DNA of 52,199 bases from Ascoidea asiatica JCM 7603 (GCA_001600695.1 BCKQ01000001.1:1616258-1668456); one strand, 5' to 3'. Shown: positions 33,385 to 44,622, counted from the first letter of the stretch. Notes: generated from the letters alone by a model not told the origin. Program-made: numbers and translations.

Positions 33385-33454
33385 TGGAACGGACCCGAGA
33401 AAGTGGTCTCGTTTTACTCTGTTTAAGAGCCCTGGTTTTGTAACTTTGAAATAC

Positions 33455-34117
33455 TTAAAAAACATTTGTGCATCTTTTGACGAACTGAAAAACCCCAGCG
33501 AGCACAATTGTTATCTTCAAAACCAAGTCGAATATTTGAGAAGAGTAGTGGATAAAGAAACAAATGAAATAAGTTGAACCAATGACCCAATAAATCATCA
33601 ACACTCCAGCTATCACTAATCTTAAAAGCCATGAATGATTCTGTAAAAAAGAAAAATAATTTATCACCATTTCACCAATTTCATCCATTAAACCACAAGA
33701 ATTAGAAACATAATTAATATCTATTCCACCGTATGAAAACAATGTAGTTAATAATTCTGAATCAATAATCAATGGTATACAATAACCAAAACATGATTTA
33801 TTAGATTTATTTTTATTATTATTATTATTAAAACCTATGATATAGTTTATCAAATCTAAGATTATACTTCCATATGACAAACCTATCCAACTCACACTAC
33901 AACTAAATGATATTGCAAATATTATATATCCAATTACTCCTTTATGATATTTCAAAAATGCATGCACTCTATAATAAATATCACGATTTCTGAAAATAAC
34001 TAAAACTCTTTGTCGAATGTATTTTTCAATATAATGGTGTATATTTAAAATTACATTTCCAAGTTCTTCAGCTTCTATATTTTCTATGTCTTCAAAATAT
34101 TCGTTCTGATTATTCAT
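33455..34117 (-). CDS. Multi-pass membrane protein, possibly a divergent Asi2-like inner nuclear membrane protein
   Basis: 220-aa ORF from MNNQNEY (an upstream ATG at 34156 lies in an ATGTT repeat); 2-3 hydrophobic helices; recalled similarity to the Asi2 C-terminal half is weak. Confidence 0.6.
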   Translation of the reverse strand: MNNQNEYFEDIENIEAEELGNVILNIHHYIEKYIRQRVLVIFRNRDIYYRVHAFLKYHKGVIGYIIFAISFSCSVSWIGLSYGSIILDLINYIIGFNNNNNKNKSNKSCFGYCIPLIIDSELLTTLFSYGGIDINYVSNSCGLMDEIGEMVINYFSFLQNHSWLLRLVIAGVLMIYWVIGSTYFICFFIHYSSQIFDLVLKITIVLAGVFQFVKRCTNVF

Positions 34118-34220
34118 ATTATATTTCCAATATATATAGTACACATAACATAACATAACATATTTTTCACAAGTTTCTACAAGTAATGGGAACTATCCCT
34201 TTTTTATATCATTTCATTTC

Positions 34221-34255
34221 CTTGTTCTTGTTCTTGTTCTTGTTCTTGTTCTTGT
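34221..34255 (+). repeat. (TTGTTC)n hexamer microsatellite
   Basis: Five to six tandem units. Confidence 0.8.
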
Positions 34256-34536
34256 TTATTTTAAATTTCCAAATCCCAATCCGGAAATCTCGATCCTTAA
34301 CTCATTTATCCTTGTTCTAAACCTTAAACAACAATGCGCCACAAGCAGAAACCTTATAAAGGTCTAGGACAGCAGCTAATGAAGTCACGAGGTCTACTCA
34401 AAACACTACTTTAAAATTTCATTTAATCTCTGGTGAATAAACAAAATGACATGAATATTTATTGACAATCTTCAATATATTGAAAAAAATATTGAATATT
34501 GAAACTCTTAAATAATGTATTCATTCATTGTAAAAA

Positions 34537-35316
34537 ATGTCAGAAAAAATTGATACGATTAAATTAAATCCTTCAAAACTTGGTACAAAACAATATTGGG
34601 AAGATTTATATCAATTAGAAGAAAAAAATTTTATTGAAAATCAAAATGATATTGGTGAATGTTGGTTTAATGATTCAAATGCAGAATTTAAAATTATTGA
34701 ATTTTTAAATAAAAATTTTAAAAATTTTTATAAATTTAATAATAATAATTCAATTTTAAAAATACTTGATATTGGTACAGGTAATGGAAATTTATTATTT
34801 CAAATTAAATATAATAAAAATAATCTGGAAAATTTATTTAAATTTTCAAAATTTTTTGGGTTTGATTATTCTTTAAAAAGTATAAATTTTGCAAATAAAA
34901 TTAAGAAAATTAAATATAATAATGATAATTTAATAAATTTTATAAAAATTGATTTCTTAAATGATTTTTTAAATAATGATTTAAATTTATATGATAAATA
35001 TAATGATTTTAATATAATTTTAGATAAAGGTACTTTTGATGCAATTTCTTTAAATAATAATCAATTTTATAATTATGATGAAAATAATAAAAAATTACTT
35101 GGAATTGAATTATATCCAAGAATTTTAGAAAAAATTATGAAAATTAATTCAATTTTTTTAATAACTTCTTGTAATTATAATGAAAATGAATTAATTTCAA
35201 TTTTTTTAAAAAATTCAAAAAAATTAAAAGTTTGGAAAAAAATTATTTATCAAAGTTTTCAATTTGGTGGAATTAAAGGTTCGACAATTTGTTCAATTGC
35301 ATTTATTAAAGAATAA
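34537..35316 (+). CDS. EFM4: eEF1A lysine N-methyltransferase Efm4/See1
   Basis: LNPSKLGTKQYW, GECWF, ILDIGTGNG, ILDKGTFDAISL, LITSCN, FQFGGIKGS. Confidence 0.93.
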   Translation: MSEKIDTIKLNPSKLGTKQYWEDLYQLEEKNFIENQNDIGECWFNDSNAEFKIIEFLNKNFKNFYKFNNNNSILKILDIGTGNGNLLFQIKYNKNNLENLFKFSKFFGFDYSLKSINFANKIKKIKYNNDNLINFIKIDFLNDFLNNDLNLYDKYNDFNIILDKGTFDAISLNNNQFYNYDENNKKLLGIELYPRILEKIMKINSIFLITSCNYNENELISIFLKNSKKLKVWKKIIYQSFQFGGIKGSTICSIAFIKE

Positions 35317-35367
35317 TACCTATTATATAAACATATATATAAATATTATATATTGTGTAATTATATA

Positions 35368-36568
35368 TTAATAGACTGAATGTGCAACTAAAGTTTGAGT
35401 AGTTTTTAAAGCTTCATACCTTAAATTAATATCATTTGAATTCATTAAACTCATAATCTTAGATTTTGAATTTAATTGATTTAAAATTATCATTGATTCT
35501 GGTAATAAATTAATAATATTTGTTAAATCATTACAAATTATAGCTAAATTTTTATTTAAATTTAATAAAATTAAATTTTTTTCATTAATTAAAATATTTT
35601 TATTATTTTTAATTAATTCAATTTCATTAAAAGAATAATTAAATAAATTAATTAAAGTTTTAAATAATTTCCAATTATTTAATTTAAAATTTTCAATATA
35701 ATTTAACCAAAATTCTTTATTTTTATGAGTTGGAGACCAATTTAATTCTTTTGAATCTAATTCAATTAAATATTCATCAAATGTTGTTAATTTATTATAA
35801 TTTAAATTTAAAATTTCTTTTAAATTTAATAAATCTTCAATTAATTCATTATCTGACCATTTTCTTTCATTTAAATTATTAATAATTGATAAAGTATCAT
35901 TTAATAATAAAATTTTTATTATACGATTTTGTTTTTTTAAAATAATTGAATTTTGATTATTTAAATTTAAATTTGAATTTGTAATAAAATTTAATAAAAT
36001 TGAAATTGATAATCTAACAATTTTTTCTTTAATTGAATCATTTGATATTGTAATTAATAATTTTAATAAATGTTTAAAATTTAAAGCTAAATCAATTGAA
36101 TAAATTGGATTAAAACTTAATAACCATAAAGATAATAAAGTTTTATATTGAATTTGTAAATCATTTGTAAAAGTGTTATTTGTATTAGTGGAAGTGGAAG
36201 TGGTGGTGGTTGTGGTGGTGGTGGTGACAATAGATGATGATTCAGTATTTTTTGAAGGATATAATAAACTAATTAAAATTGGAATATAAGTTTTATTTTT
36301 AATCCAAAATATTGATCTAAATTTTTTAATTGATAATAATTCACTAATACATTGAATTGCAATATTTTTTAAATTTGAATTTGAATTTGAATTATTTTTA
36401 AATTGAATTAAATCAAAAAGAGAATCAAATAATTTTAATAAATCTGAATTTGAGATATTATAATTGATTGAATTTGAATTTAAGAATAAAGAAGTTAAAT
36501 TTGCAATAACTAATAAATTAATTGAATCATCATTTAAGTTATTGTTGTTATTATTATTTGGTGAAGTG

Positions 36569-36600
<32 letters not shown>

Positions 36601-37241
36601 TGTGGTTGTAGATTTTGAAAGAGGAGATAAATGTTTTAAGAATGGTTCAAAAGGTAAATTAATATCAATTTTATTTAAATTTAAAAGATTTAAGATATAA
36701 TTTTTATTTAAATCATTTAAAGAATTTAAATCTTTTAAAGTATTATTTGATAAGGATATATTACTTAAATTAATATTTGATTGAATATTTGATTCATTAT
36801 TTTCATCAGAAGTTGAATGATCTAATTGATTAAAATGAATTAAATCTAAATTTAAAACTAATAAATATTTAATAATATCATTTCTATCATTAATATTAGA
36901 TAATAAATTTAAGATTGTTGTAGTATATAAATTTAATTTATTTAAAATTGTTTTAAATTTATTTTTTATTGATTGTTTTTCTAAATTTTTTAATGAAGTT
37001 GCTTCTTCATCATTAATTATTGAAGAACGAATTAAATTAACCCATGGAATTGGTCTTTGTCTTGTACTTTCACAAATATCATCAAGATATTTACTTTCAA
37101 TTTTAAAATTATTAATCTAAATGAAATGAAATGAAATGAAATGAAAAGAAATTTTATAAATTGTTGTTATTGTTGTTGTTAGTAAAAATGTGATTATTAT
37201 TTATTATAATGAGATTGGATTAATATACATACCTCAACCAT
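35368..37241 (-). CDS. VMA13: V-ATPase V1 subunit H; exons 37241-37233 (MVE) and 37116-35368, about 585 aa; not in the ORF track
   Basis: Spliced N-terminus MVEINNFKIESKYLDDICESTRQRPIPW; LQIQYKTLLSLWLLSF, SIKEKIVRLS, KWSDDEL, LTTFDEY, WSPTH, C-terminal LRYEALKTTQ. Confidence 0.93.
37117..37232 (-). other. Spliceosomal intron of VMA13 (116 nt, phase 0)
   Basis: GTATGT donor at 37232, TACTAAC at about 37184-37178, (TTTCA)n pyrimidine tract, TAG acceptor ending 37117. Confidence 0.92.
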
Positions 37242-37501
37242 TTGAAAAAGTAGAATTAAAGGGAATTGAATGAAAATGAAGAAGAGAATGAATAGAAGAA
37301 TGAGAAGAAGAAAGAATTAAGTATATTTCTTTATCTTTTATCTAATGATTATATCAACTCTTGAATATATCTCTTGATGATAATATTTATTTATTTATTT
37401 ATTTATTTATTTATTCAATTCATATACAATATTAAATATAAATGAAATAAGTTAATGAAATTGAAAGTGTTGTTATAAAAAGAAGCAGCAGCCAATAGTA
37501 G

Positions 37502-37548
37502 GTCATGTGATAAAGGTAGTTTATTAGTCGAAAGTCGAGTCATGTGAT
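37502..37548. promoter_or_regulatory. Two GTCATGTGAT E-box variants in the VMA13/YRB2 divergent promoter
   Basis: Identical 10-mers at 37502-37511 and 37539-37548. Confidence 0.5.
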
Positions 37549-37753
37549 ATTGTGATTACGTAATAATAATAATAATAATAATTGTTAAATCTTGAAATGA
37601 AACTGAAATTTGAAGAAGCAGCGATAAAAATAGCAATAACAAGAAGAAGAACAAGAACAAGAAGAAGAACAAGGAGAGTATAAGAGCATTAGAAGATAAG
37701 AAGATAAGAAGATAACTAGGTATAATATAATACAATTCAATTCAAAATACAAA

Positions 37754-39193
37754 ATGGGAAAAGAAAAAAGTGATACTTTGGTATGTGAAGATATCAAGGG
37801 TGTCAAAGATAAAGAAGAGAGTTTAAGTAGAAAAAGAACAAGAGAAGAATTTGAGATTGAAGATAAAAATAAAGATAAAGATAAAGATAAAGATAAAGAT
37901 GTAGAAATTGAAATTGAAATTGAAGAAGATAATAAAGAAAATAAAATAAGTAAAGAGGAAGATAAAGATAAAGAAGTCAGTGCAAAGAAAAGAAAAGTAG
38001 AAAATGAAGAAGATAATGAGAATAAAGAATTGAATAAAAGTACTGAAGATTTAAAAATAAATGATAAAAAAGAAGATAAAAAAGAAGATAAAAAGGAAGA
38101 AAAGAAGGAAAAAGAAGAGAAAGTGAAAAAAACAAAATTTGTATTTGGATCTAAATCTAAATTTGGAAGTCCAGCATTTTCAATATTAAAGAATAAAAGA
38201 AATGTATTTGATAAAGATAATAAAGAAAATGATAGTACGAAAGATGATAATAATAATAATAATAGTAAGAGTAGTAGTAGTATAAGTATAGACAATAATA
38301 ATAATATTAAAAGTAATGTTAGTAATAGGAATAGTATATTTGGTAGTGGTAAATTTTCAAATATTAATAATAGTGGAAAATCATTTTTAAGTGGAGGTAA
38401 TAAGAAATCTATATTTGATTCATTAAAGTCAAATAGTAATCCATTTGAAGATAAGAAAGAGAATGAGAATGAGAATGAGAATGAGAAAGAAAAGGTGGAT
38501 AATAATAAAGAAGAAAAGATTGAAGATAAAGAAGATAAGAATAAGAATAATAATAATAATAAATTATTTTCAAATAAGATTATTATATCTGGAGAAGAAA
38601 ATGAAAGAGTAATATTTGAAAGTAAAGCAAGATTATATAAATTTATTAAAAATAATGGATGGAAAGAAAGAGGAATTGGAAATTTACATGTTAATGAAAA
38701 TAAATTTAATTTTAAACAACATCGAATTTTAATGAGAACAATTAGTATATTTAAATTAATTTTAAATATTAGAATTGATAAAAATTTTCAAATATTTCAT
38801 GGTATGGAAAATTCATTATATGGAGAAAAATTTATTAAAATTAATTCAATTGATGAAGATTCAAAAATTATTCAACATGCATTAAAATTTTCAGATGTTT
38901 CTAAAGCTGAGAAATTATTTAAAATTATTAAAAATTTTCAAAAAATTTTAGAAATTGAAGAAAATAAAGAAAATAAAGAAAATAAAGAAAATAAAGAAAA
39001 TGAAATGGTAAAAGAAAATGAAAAGGAAAATAATAATATTACAAATGATGCAAATGATGCAAATGATGCAAATGATGCAAATGATGCAAATGATGCAAAT
39101 GATGCAAATGATGCAAGTGATACAAAAGATGTAAAAGATACAAAAGATACAAAAGTAGAGATGAATAGCAAAGAAGAAAAGGAAACTGTCTAA
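37754..39193 (+). CDS. YRB2: Ran-binding-domain protein Yrb2
   Basis: KFVFGSKSKFG FG-like motifs; RanBD SGEENERVIFESKARLY...WKERGIGNLHVN...RILMR; near EFM4 and ARC15 as in S. cerevisiae. Confidence 0.88.
   Translation: MGKEKSDTLVCEDIKGVKDKEESLSRKRTREEFEIEDKNKDKDKDKDKDVEIEIEIEEDNKENKISKEEDKDKEVSAKKRKVENEEDNENKELNKSTEDLKINDKKEDKKEDKKEEKKEKEEKVKKTKFVFGSKSKFGSPAFSILKNKRNVFDKDNKENDSTKDDNNNNNSKSSSSISIDNNNNIKSNVSNRNSIFGSGKFSNINNSGKSFLSGGNKKSIFDSLKSNSNPFEDKKENENENENEKEKVDNNKEEKIEDKEDKNKNNNNNKLFSNKIIISGEENERVIFESKARLYKFIKNNGWKERGIGNLHVNENKFNFKQHRILMRTISIFKLILNIRIDKNFQIFHGMENSLYGEKFIKINSIDEDSKIIQHALKFSDVSKAEKLFKIIKNFQKILEIEENKENKENKENKENEMVKENEKENNNITNDANDANDANDANDANDANDANDASDTKDVKDTKDTKVEMNSKEEKETV
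39044..39115 (+). repeat. Coding minisatellite (AATGATGCA)x8 = (NDA)8 in YRB2
   Basis: Perfect tandem 9-mer. Confidence 0.9.
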
Positions 39194-39513
39194 AGTGATA
39201 TAGCCTATTGTTAAAGACTATTATTATTATTATTATTATTATTATAGTCTCCTATCTTACATAATATTTTACTCATTGACGTATTAAATAAACTAGAAAT
39301 AAACTAGAAATAATAGAGCTAAATCAACAACAAGCAGGCCTCTTCGTATTCGTATCTAAAGTTTAGCAGGAATAAGACAGTTCTGTCATATGACAAATTA
39401 AGTAAAGAAGTTCCTGTTTTGTTGAGCAGAGGCAAAGAGAACGAGCACACCCGGAAAAGTGGTTTCACCTGAGATAGAAGCCATTCTGTCATTGCCCGTG
39501 ATCCAAGAGGAAA

Positions 39514-39774
39514 GCTGTGATTGGCTGTGATTGGCTCTGATTGGCTGGGGATGGGCTGGAAGTGCGTGCTTCGCGTCGTGGGTGAGACAAGCGCACGTGC
39601 CCGTCTGGAGGCAGGCACATGAAAATTGAAGCTGTTCTCGAGTTGCTTCTTCAGTTCTTTCTCGTATCGCCGGCGCAGAACTGCCTTTGGTTTCTTCTCT
39701 CTTCTCTCTTCTCTCTGTCTTGGTAAGCCCAGGTTCACTGAGTGATCTCTCCGGTACGAGTGCGGCACGTGCCC
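39514..39774. promoter_or_regulatory. SAM synthetase upstream region: 3 phased CCAAT boxes, 2 GCACGTGCCC E-boxes, 1 ICRE/UAS-INO
   Basis: TGATTGG at 39518, 39528 and 39538; GCACGTGCCC at 39593 and 39765; CACATGAAAA 39616-39625 (reverse complement fits WYTTCAYRTG). Confidence 0.6.
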
Positions 39775-40216
39775 TCCCACGCTGCTCTGCTATCACTCCT
39801 CGTTCTCGTTCCTGTCTCTTTTCTCTTCTCTTCTCTTCTTTCTTTCTTTCCGTGTTTTTCTGTTTACGTCTTTTTTTCTGTTTTCCAATAAATCTGAAAT
39901 CTTTTTTAAAATCTTTTTTATCTTTTGAATTTCTTTTCTGTTGAAATTTTAAAAAATTCTCATCACTCACCCATCTGAATTTATCTTATTTCTCTTTCCT
40001 ACTCTCTTTCTTATTCTCTTTGTTTTAATTTATAATCATCCTAATTTTCCTTATTTATATCTTCAATTCATTTACAATCTTTTATTCTCTTCTATTCTCT
40101 TATTCAATTTATTATTCATTTTCCAATTAACCAATTTGTTTAATATTTAATCACATACATATATATATATATTACTATATATATATTACTATATATATAT
40201 ATTCAATCAATTATAA

Positions 40217-41395
40217 ATGACAAATATGACTCATCCAGAATATCAAGATAATGAAACTTTTTTTTTCACCTCAGAATCTGTTGGTGAAGGTCATCCAGAT
40301 AAAATTTGTGATCAAGTATCTGATGCAATTTTAGATGCATGTTTAAAAGAAGATCCATTTTCAAAAGTTGCTTGTGAAACTGCTGCAAAAACTGGAATGA
40401 TAATGATCTTTGGTGAAATTACAACTAATGCAAATTTAGATTATCAAAAAATTGTAAGAGATACAATTAAACATATTGGTTATGATTCAAGTGAAAAAGG
40501 TTTTGATTATAAAACTTGTAATGTATTAGTTGCAATTGAAAAACAATCTCCTGATATTTCTCAAGGTTTAAATTTACAATCAAATTTAGAAAATTTAGGT
40601 GCTGGTGATCAAGGTATAATGTTTGGTTATGCAACTAATGAAACTCCAGAATTATTACCTTTAACAATTCTTTTAGCTCATAAATTAAATTCTGCTTTAG
40701 CAAATGCAAGAAGATCAAATATTTTACCATGGTTAAGACCTGATACAAAAACTCAAGTAACTGTTGAATATAAAAATTTAAATGGTGCTGTTATACCTTT
40801 AAGAGTTGATACTGTTGTAATTTCTACACAACATGCTGATTATATTTCAACAAATGATTTAAGATCTGAAATTTTAAATAAAATTATAAAATTAGTTATT
40901 CCAAAAAATCTTTTAGATTTAAATACAAAATATTTTATTCAACCTTCTGGAAGATTTGTAATTGGTGGTCCACAAGGTGATGCAGGTTTAACTGGTAGAA
41001 AAATTATTGTTGATACTTATGGTGGTTGGGGTGCTCATGGTGGTGGTGCATTCTCTGGTAAAGATTTTTCAAAAGTTGATAGAAGTGCTGCATATGCTGC
41101 AAGATGGGTTGCAAAATCTTTGGTTCATTCAAATTTAGCAAAAAGATGTTTAGTTCAATTTTCTTATGCAATTGGTGTTGCTGAACCTTTATCAATTCAT
41201 GTTGATACTTATGGTACTTCAAAATTATCTTCTACAGAATTAGTTAAAATTATTAGAAATAATTTTGATTTAAGACCTGGTGTAATTGTAAAAGATTTAA
41301 ATTTAGCAAAACCAATATATTTTAAAACTGCTTCTTATGGTCATTTTACAAATCAAGAAAATTCTTGGGAAAAACCAAGAGATTTAAAATTTTAA
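40217..41395 (+). CDS. SAM2: S-adenosylmethionine synthetase (SAM1/SAM2 ortholog)
   Basis: [39 protein letters not shown]. Confidence 0.98.
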   Translation: MTNMTHPEYQDNETFFFTSESVGEGHPDKICDQVSDAILDACLKEDPFSKVACETAAKTGMIMIFGEITTNANLDYQKIVRDTIKHIGYDSSEKGFDYKTCNVLVAIEKQSPDISQGLNLQSNLENLGAGDQGIMFGYATNETPELLPLTILLAHKLNSALANARRSNILPWLRPDTKTQVTVEYKNLNGAVIPLRVDTVVISTQHADYISTNDLRSEILNKIIKLVIPKNLLDLNTKYFIQPSGRFVIGGPQGDAGLTGRKIIVDTYGGWGAHGGGAFSGKDFSKVDRSAAYAARWVAKSLVHSNLAKRCLVQFSYAIGVAEPLSIHVDTYGTSKLSSTELVKIIRNNFDLRPGVIVKDLNLAKPIYFKTASYGHFTNQENSWEKPRDLKF

Positions 41396-41946
41396 TTAAT
41401 TTAATTAAATCCTACTTTATTATTATTATTATTATTAAAAGAGTCAATTAATTTTCTTAATTCTCTTCATGCATGTTTCAACCCTGTCATTTTTTAATCT
41501 ATTTACAATCCAATCTTATACATTTCTTATATAATTTATTTTCTTTTTTTTTATCATCCCCTTTTTATCATCCCCTTTTTATCAAACTTTTTTTATTTCA
41601 AATCCTTTTTTTTAAATCTTTTTCTTTTAGCTAATGATTTAATTCTGGTATACAATGTATTATCTTCTACATTTGGTTTAATTAATATTCAACATATTTA
41701 ATTATTTCCATTTAATAAATATTTACAATTCAATTTAAAAAAAAAGCTTTCTTATTTTATTATTTTATTATTTTATTAATAGTATTTTATTGATAGAATT
41801 TTTTATATAAAGAAAAGACAAAAATCAAAAACAAAGACAAAAAAACAAGACTCAAAACACAAATCACAAATCTTCACAAAAATCAATTTTTATTATAACT
41901 AACTTATTTACTTATTTAATTACTTACTTAATTACTTACGCAACTT

Positions 41947-44045
41947 TTATTTTTTACCTTGAAATAAATGACTTAAAATTTCACTTGAATGATTTTGTTG
42001 ATTAATTGGAATTTGATTAGAAATTGTTTCCTCAAATGAATTGATATTACCATTAATACCATTAATACCATTGACGTTACCATTACCTGGAAATAATCCT
42101 GGTGGTGGTTGAGTTTTATTATTATTATTACCATTATTATTAATATTAATATTTGTAAAATTTGTTGTTGGAGTACCCATAATTGGTTGAATTATTGGAA
42201 CTTGACCTTGTTGCATCATTTTTTGTTGTAATAAAATTGGTGTTGGTAATTGACCTTGTTGCATTTGTTGTTGTAATTGAATTTGAGCTTGTGCCTGAGC
42301 TTGTGCTTGTGCTTGAGCTTGAGCTTGAGCCTGTGCTTGTGCTTGTGCTTGTGCTTGTGCTTGAACTTGTGCTTGAACCTGAGCTTGAACTTGAGCTTGA
42401 GCTTGTAATTCTTGTTGTTGTAAATATAATAAACTATTTGAAAAACTATAATTTTTAATTAATGGTCTTGATAATAATAAATCAACTTTTGATAATGGTG
42501 ATCCTTCATAATTATTACCATTTGGTGTACTTGGTCCTGATGATGTTGAATTTGATGATGTAATATCACTTGAATCATCAATTATAATTTGATTATCATC
42601 TGGAAATGCAAATAATGGTGGTGTATCAATAATGGATTGATTTTTTAAAATATAATCATTAATTTTATAATCAATTGTTGAAAAATCTGTTTTTAAATAA
42701 TTTATTGTTTCTTCAATAAATTTATTTGCACAATTTTCATTTAAAATTAATTCATCAATATTATTTAAAAATTCTTTATCTTTATCTTTTAAATTTATTG
42801 AAGAATTATTATTATCTTTATCTTTATTTTTATCTTTTCTTTTTTCTTTTGAAGAATGATGATTATTATGATTATTATTTTGTTTTAATGATGCAACTGT
42901 TTCTGCTAATGAAGGAAATGCTGCTGAATTTGAAATATTTACTGCAGGTGATGGAGAAATATGACTATTATTATAACCTGTTAATGTATTATTATTAATT
43001 CCAATTAAATTAGTCATTGAATTATTATGAATTGAATTTGATAAAATACCATTTGAAATATTATTATTACTATTATTATTAGTAATATTACTACTATTAG
43101 TACTTATATTGATATTATTATTTAAATCATTATGACTTGAAATTGGAGTAATATTATAATTATTACCATTACTATTACTATTTCCACTATTATTACTATT
43201 ACTATTACTGTTACTATTACTATTACTATTACTATTACTATTAATTTTACTACCCCAAGCAGCAGTTGCAGGTAATAAAGCAGTATCTAAATGAGGTGAA
43301 TGAGATTCTTCACGATGAGAATGAAAATTACTATTATTATTATTACTATTATTATTATTATTATTATTTGTATGATCATTTTGAATACTACTATTACTGT
43401 TATTATTATTGTTATTAATGATAGAATTTAAATTTGAACTTGAATTAATATTATTTTCATTTGAATTTGAATTAATTGAATCAAAATTTTGAGTTGGAGT
43501 ATGATAAATATTAATATTATGAGTAGAAGTATCACTATTACGTCTTGTTGAATAACGATTATTAATTAAATTATTTGAAATTGTACTTAAATTTGAATTT
43601 GAATTTATATTATTATTATTATTGTTATTATTATTATTAATTGATAAATTACTTGAACTTTGATTATTATTTATATAATGATGTTGATCCATTCTTTTAA
43701 TTTGTCTTGTTGATAATTGAGATCTTGAAAAAGATTCAGCTTCTTCACCAGGTTCATGTAAAAACATACAACTTGGATTTGGACATGGTACACCTCTAAG
43801 ATATGAAGAACAATATTTTGTTGTACCATATGAAGCTCTTAATTGTCTACCATTATCTATTGAACCATCTATAGCATTTATACAACGAGTTGCATCTTCT
43901 TTTCTTACAAAAGTTACATAAACTCCAAACCCACAATTATTGTTATTATTATTTGGATTCACATTACTATTACTATTACTATTACTATTATTATTATTAT
44001 TACTATTATTATTACTATTATTATTATTTGAATTACCTCCATTGC

Positions 44046-44078
<33 letters not shown>

Positions 44079-44622
44079 TGTTATTGTTATTGTTATTGTT
44101 ATTGTTATTGTTTGTATTATTAGTATTCCTTTTATTTATAACAATTTTAAGAATTTTACCATATTTACCGAAATATCTATCAGATCTTAAAATTGGAGGT
44201 AATTCATCAGGTGGTACATCAGGATTTAAACCTACAACATAAACTAAATTTTTTTGAATAACTCTCATTCCAGCTAAATGTTTTCTTGAAGCTTGTTCTA
44301 ATTCTCTTCTTTCTTTTTCTCTTTGTTTTTTTTCTTGATCTCTTTTTGCTTGTCTTAATCTTTCAGCTTTCATTTCTTCTGGAGATAAAGATAATTGTTC
44401 AACATTTTCATCAGTATATGGTCTTCTACAAGCAGGACATCTACCTAATAAATCTGGATCATTTCTTATATTATTATAACAAAATCTACAAATTTGATAA
44501 CCACATGGACATGGTTTAAATTTTTTATCAGATAAATCCATTTCTTCAACACAAATTGGACAAAGATCATCTTCTTCTTCATCCACGAAGAAATCATTAT
44601 CTATATTATTATTACTTAACAT
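41947..44622 (-). CDS. MOT2: CCR4-NOT E3 ubiquitin ligase Not4/Mot2 (C4C4 RING, RRM, C3H)
   Basis: CPICVEEMD..FKPCPCGYQICRFC..CPACRRPY, MRVIQKNLVYVVGL, GTTKYCSSYLRG..CMFLHEPG, PPPGLF. Confidence 0.96.
42283..42405 (-). repeat. Coding (Gln-Ala/Val)n hexamer repeat in MOT2
   Basis: About 20 CAAGCN/CAAGTT units. Confidence 0.85.
43936..44126 (-). repeat. Coding (AAT)n poly-Asn/Ser tract inside the Not4 RRM
   Basis: About 60 codons between KIVINKR and GFGVYVTF. Confidence 0.9.

Noticed and set aside
37585-38295. 236-aa hydrophobic antisense ORF, and similar L/S/F/Y-rich ORFs opposite MOT2, the kinesin and SWI3
   Set aside because: Antisense shadows of low-complexity K/E/D/N-coding repeats
39319-39970. 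153-aa, 190-aa and 85-aa ORFs upstream of SAM synthetase
   Set aside because: Produced by a GC island plus a polypyrimidine tract; better explained as promoter
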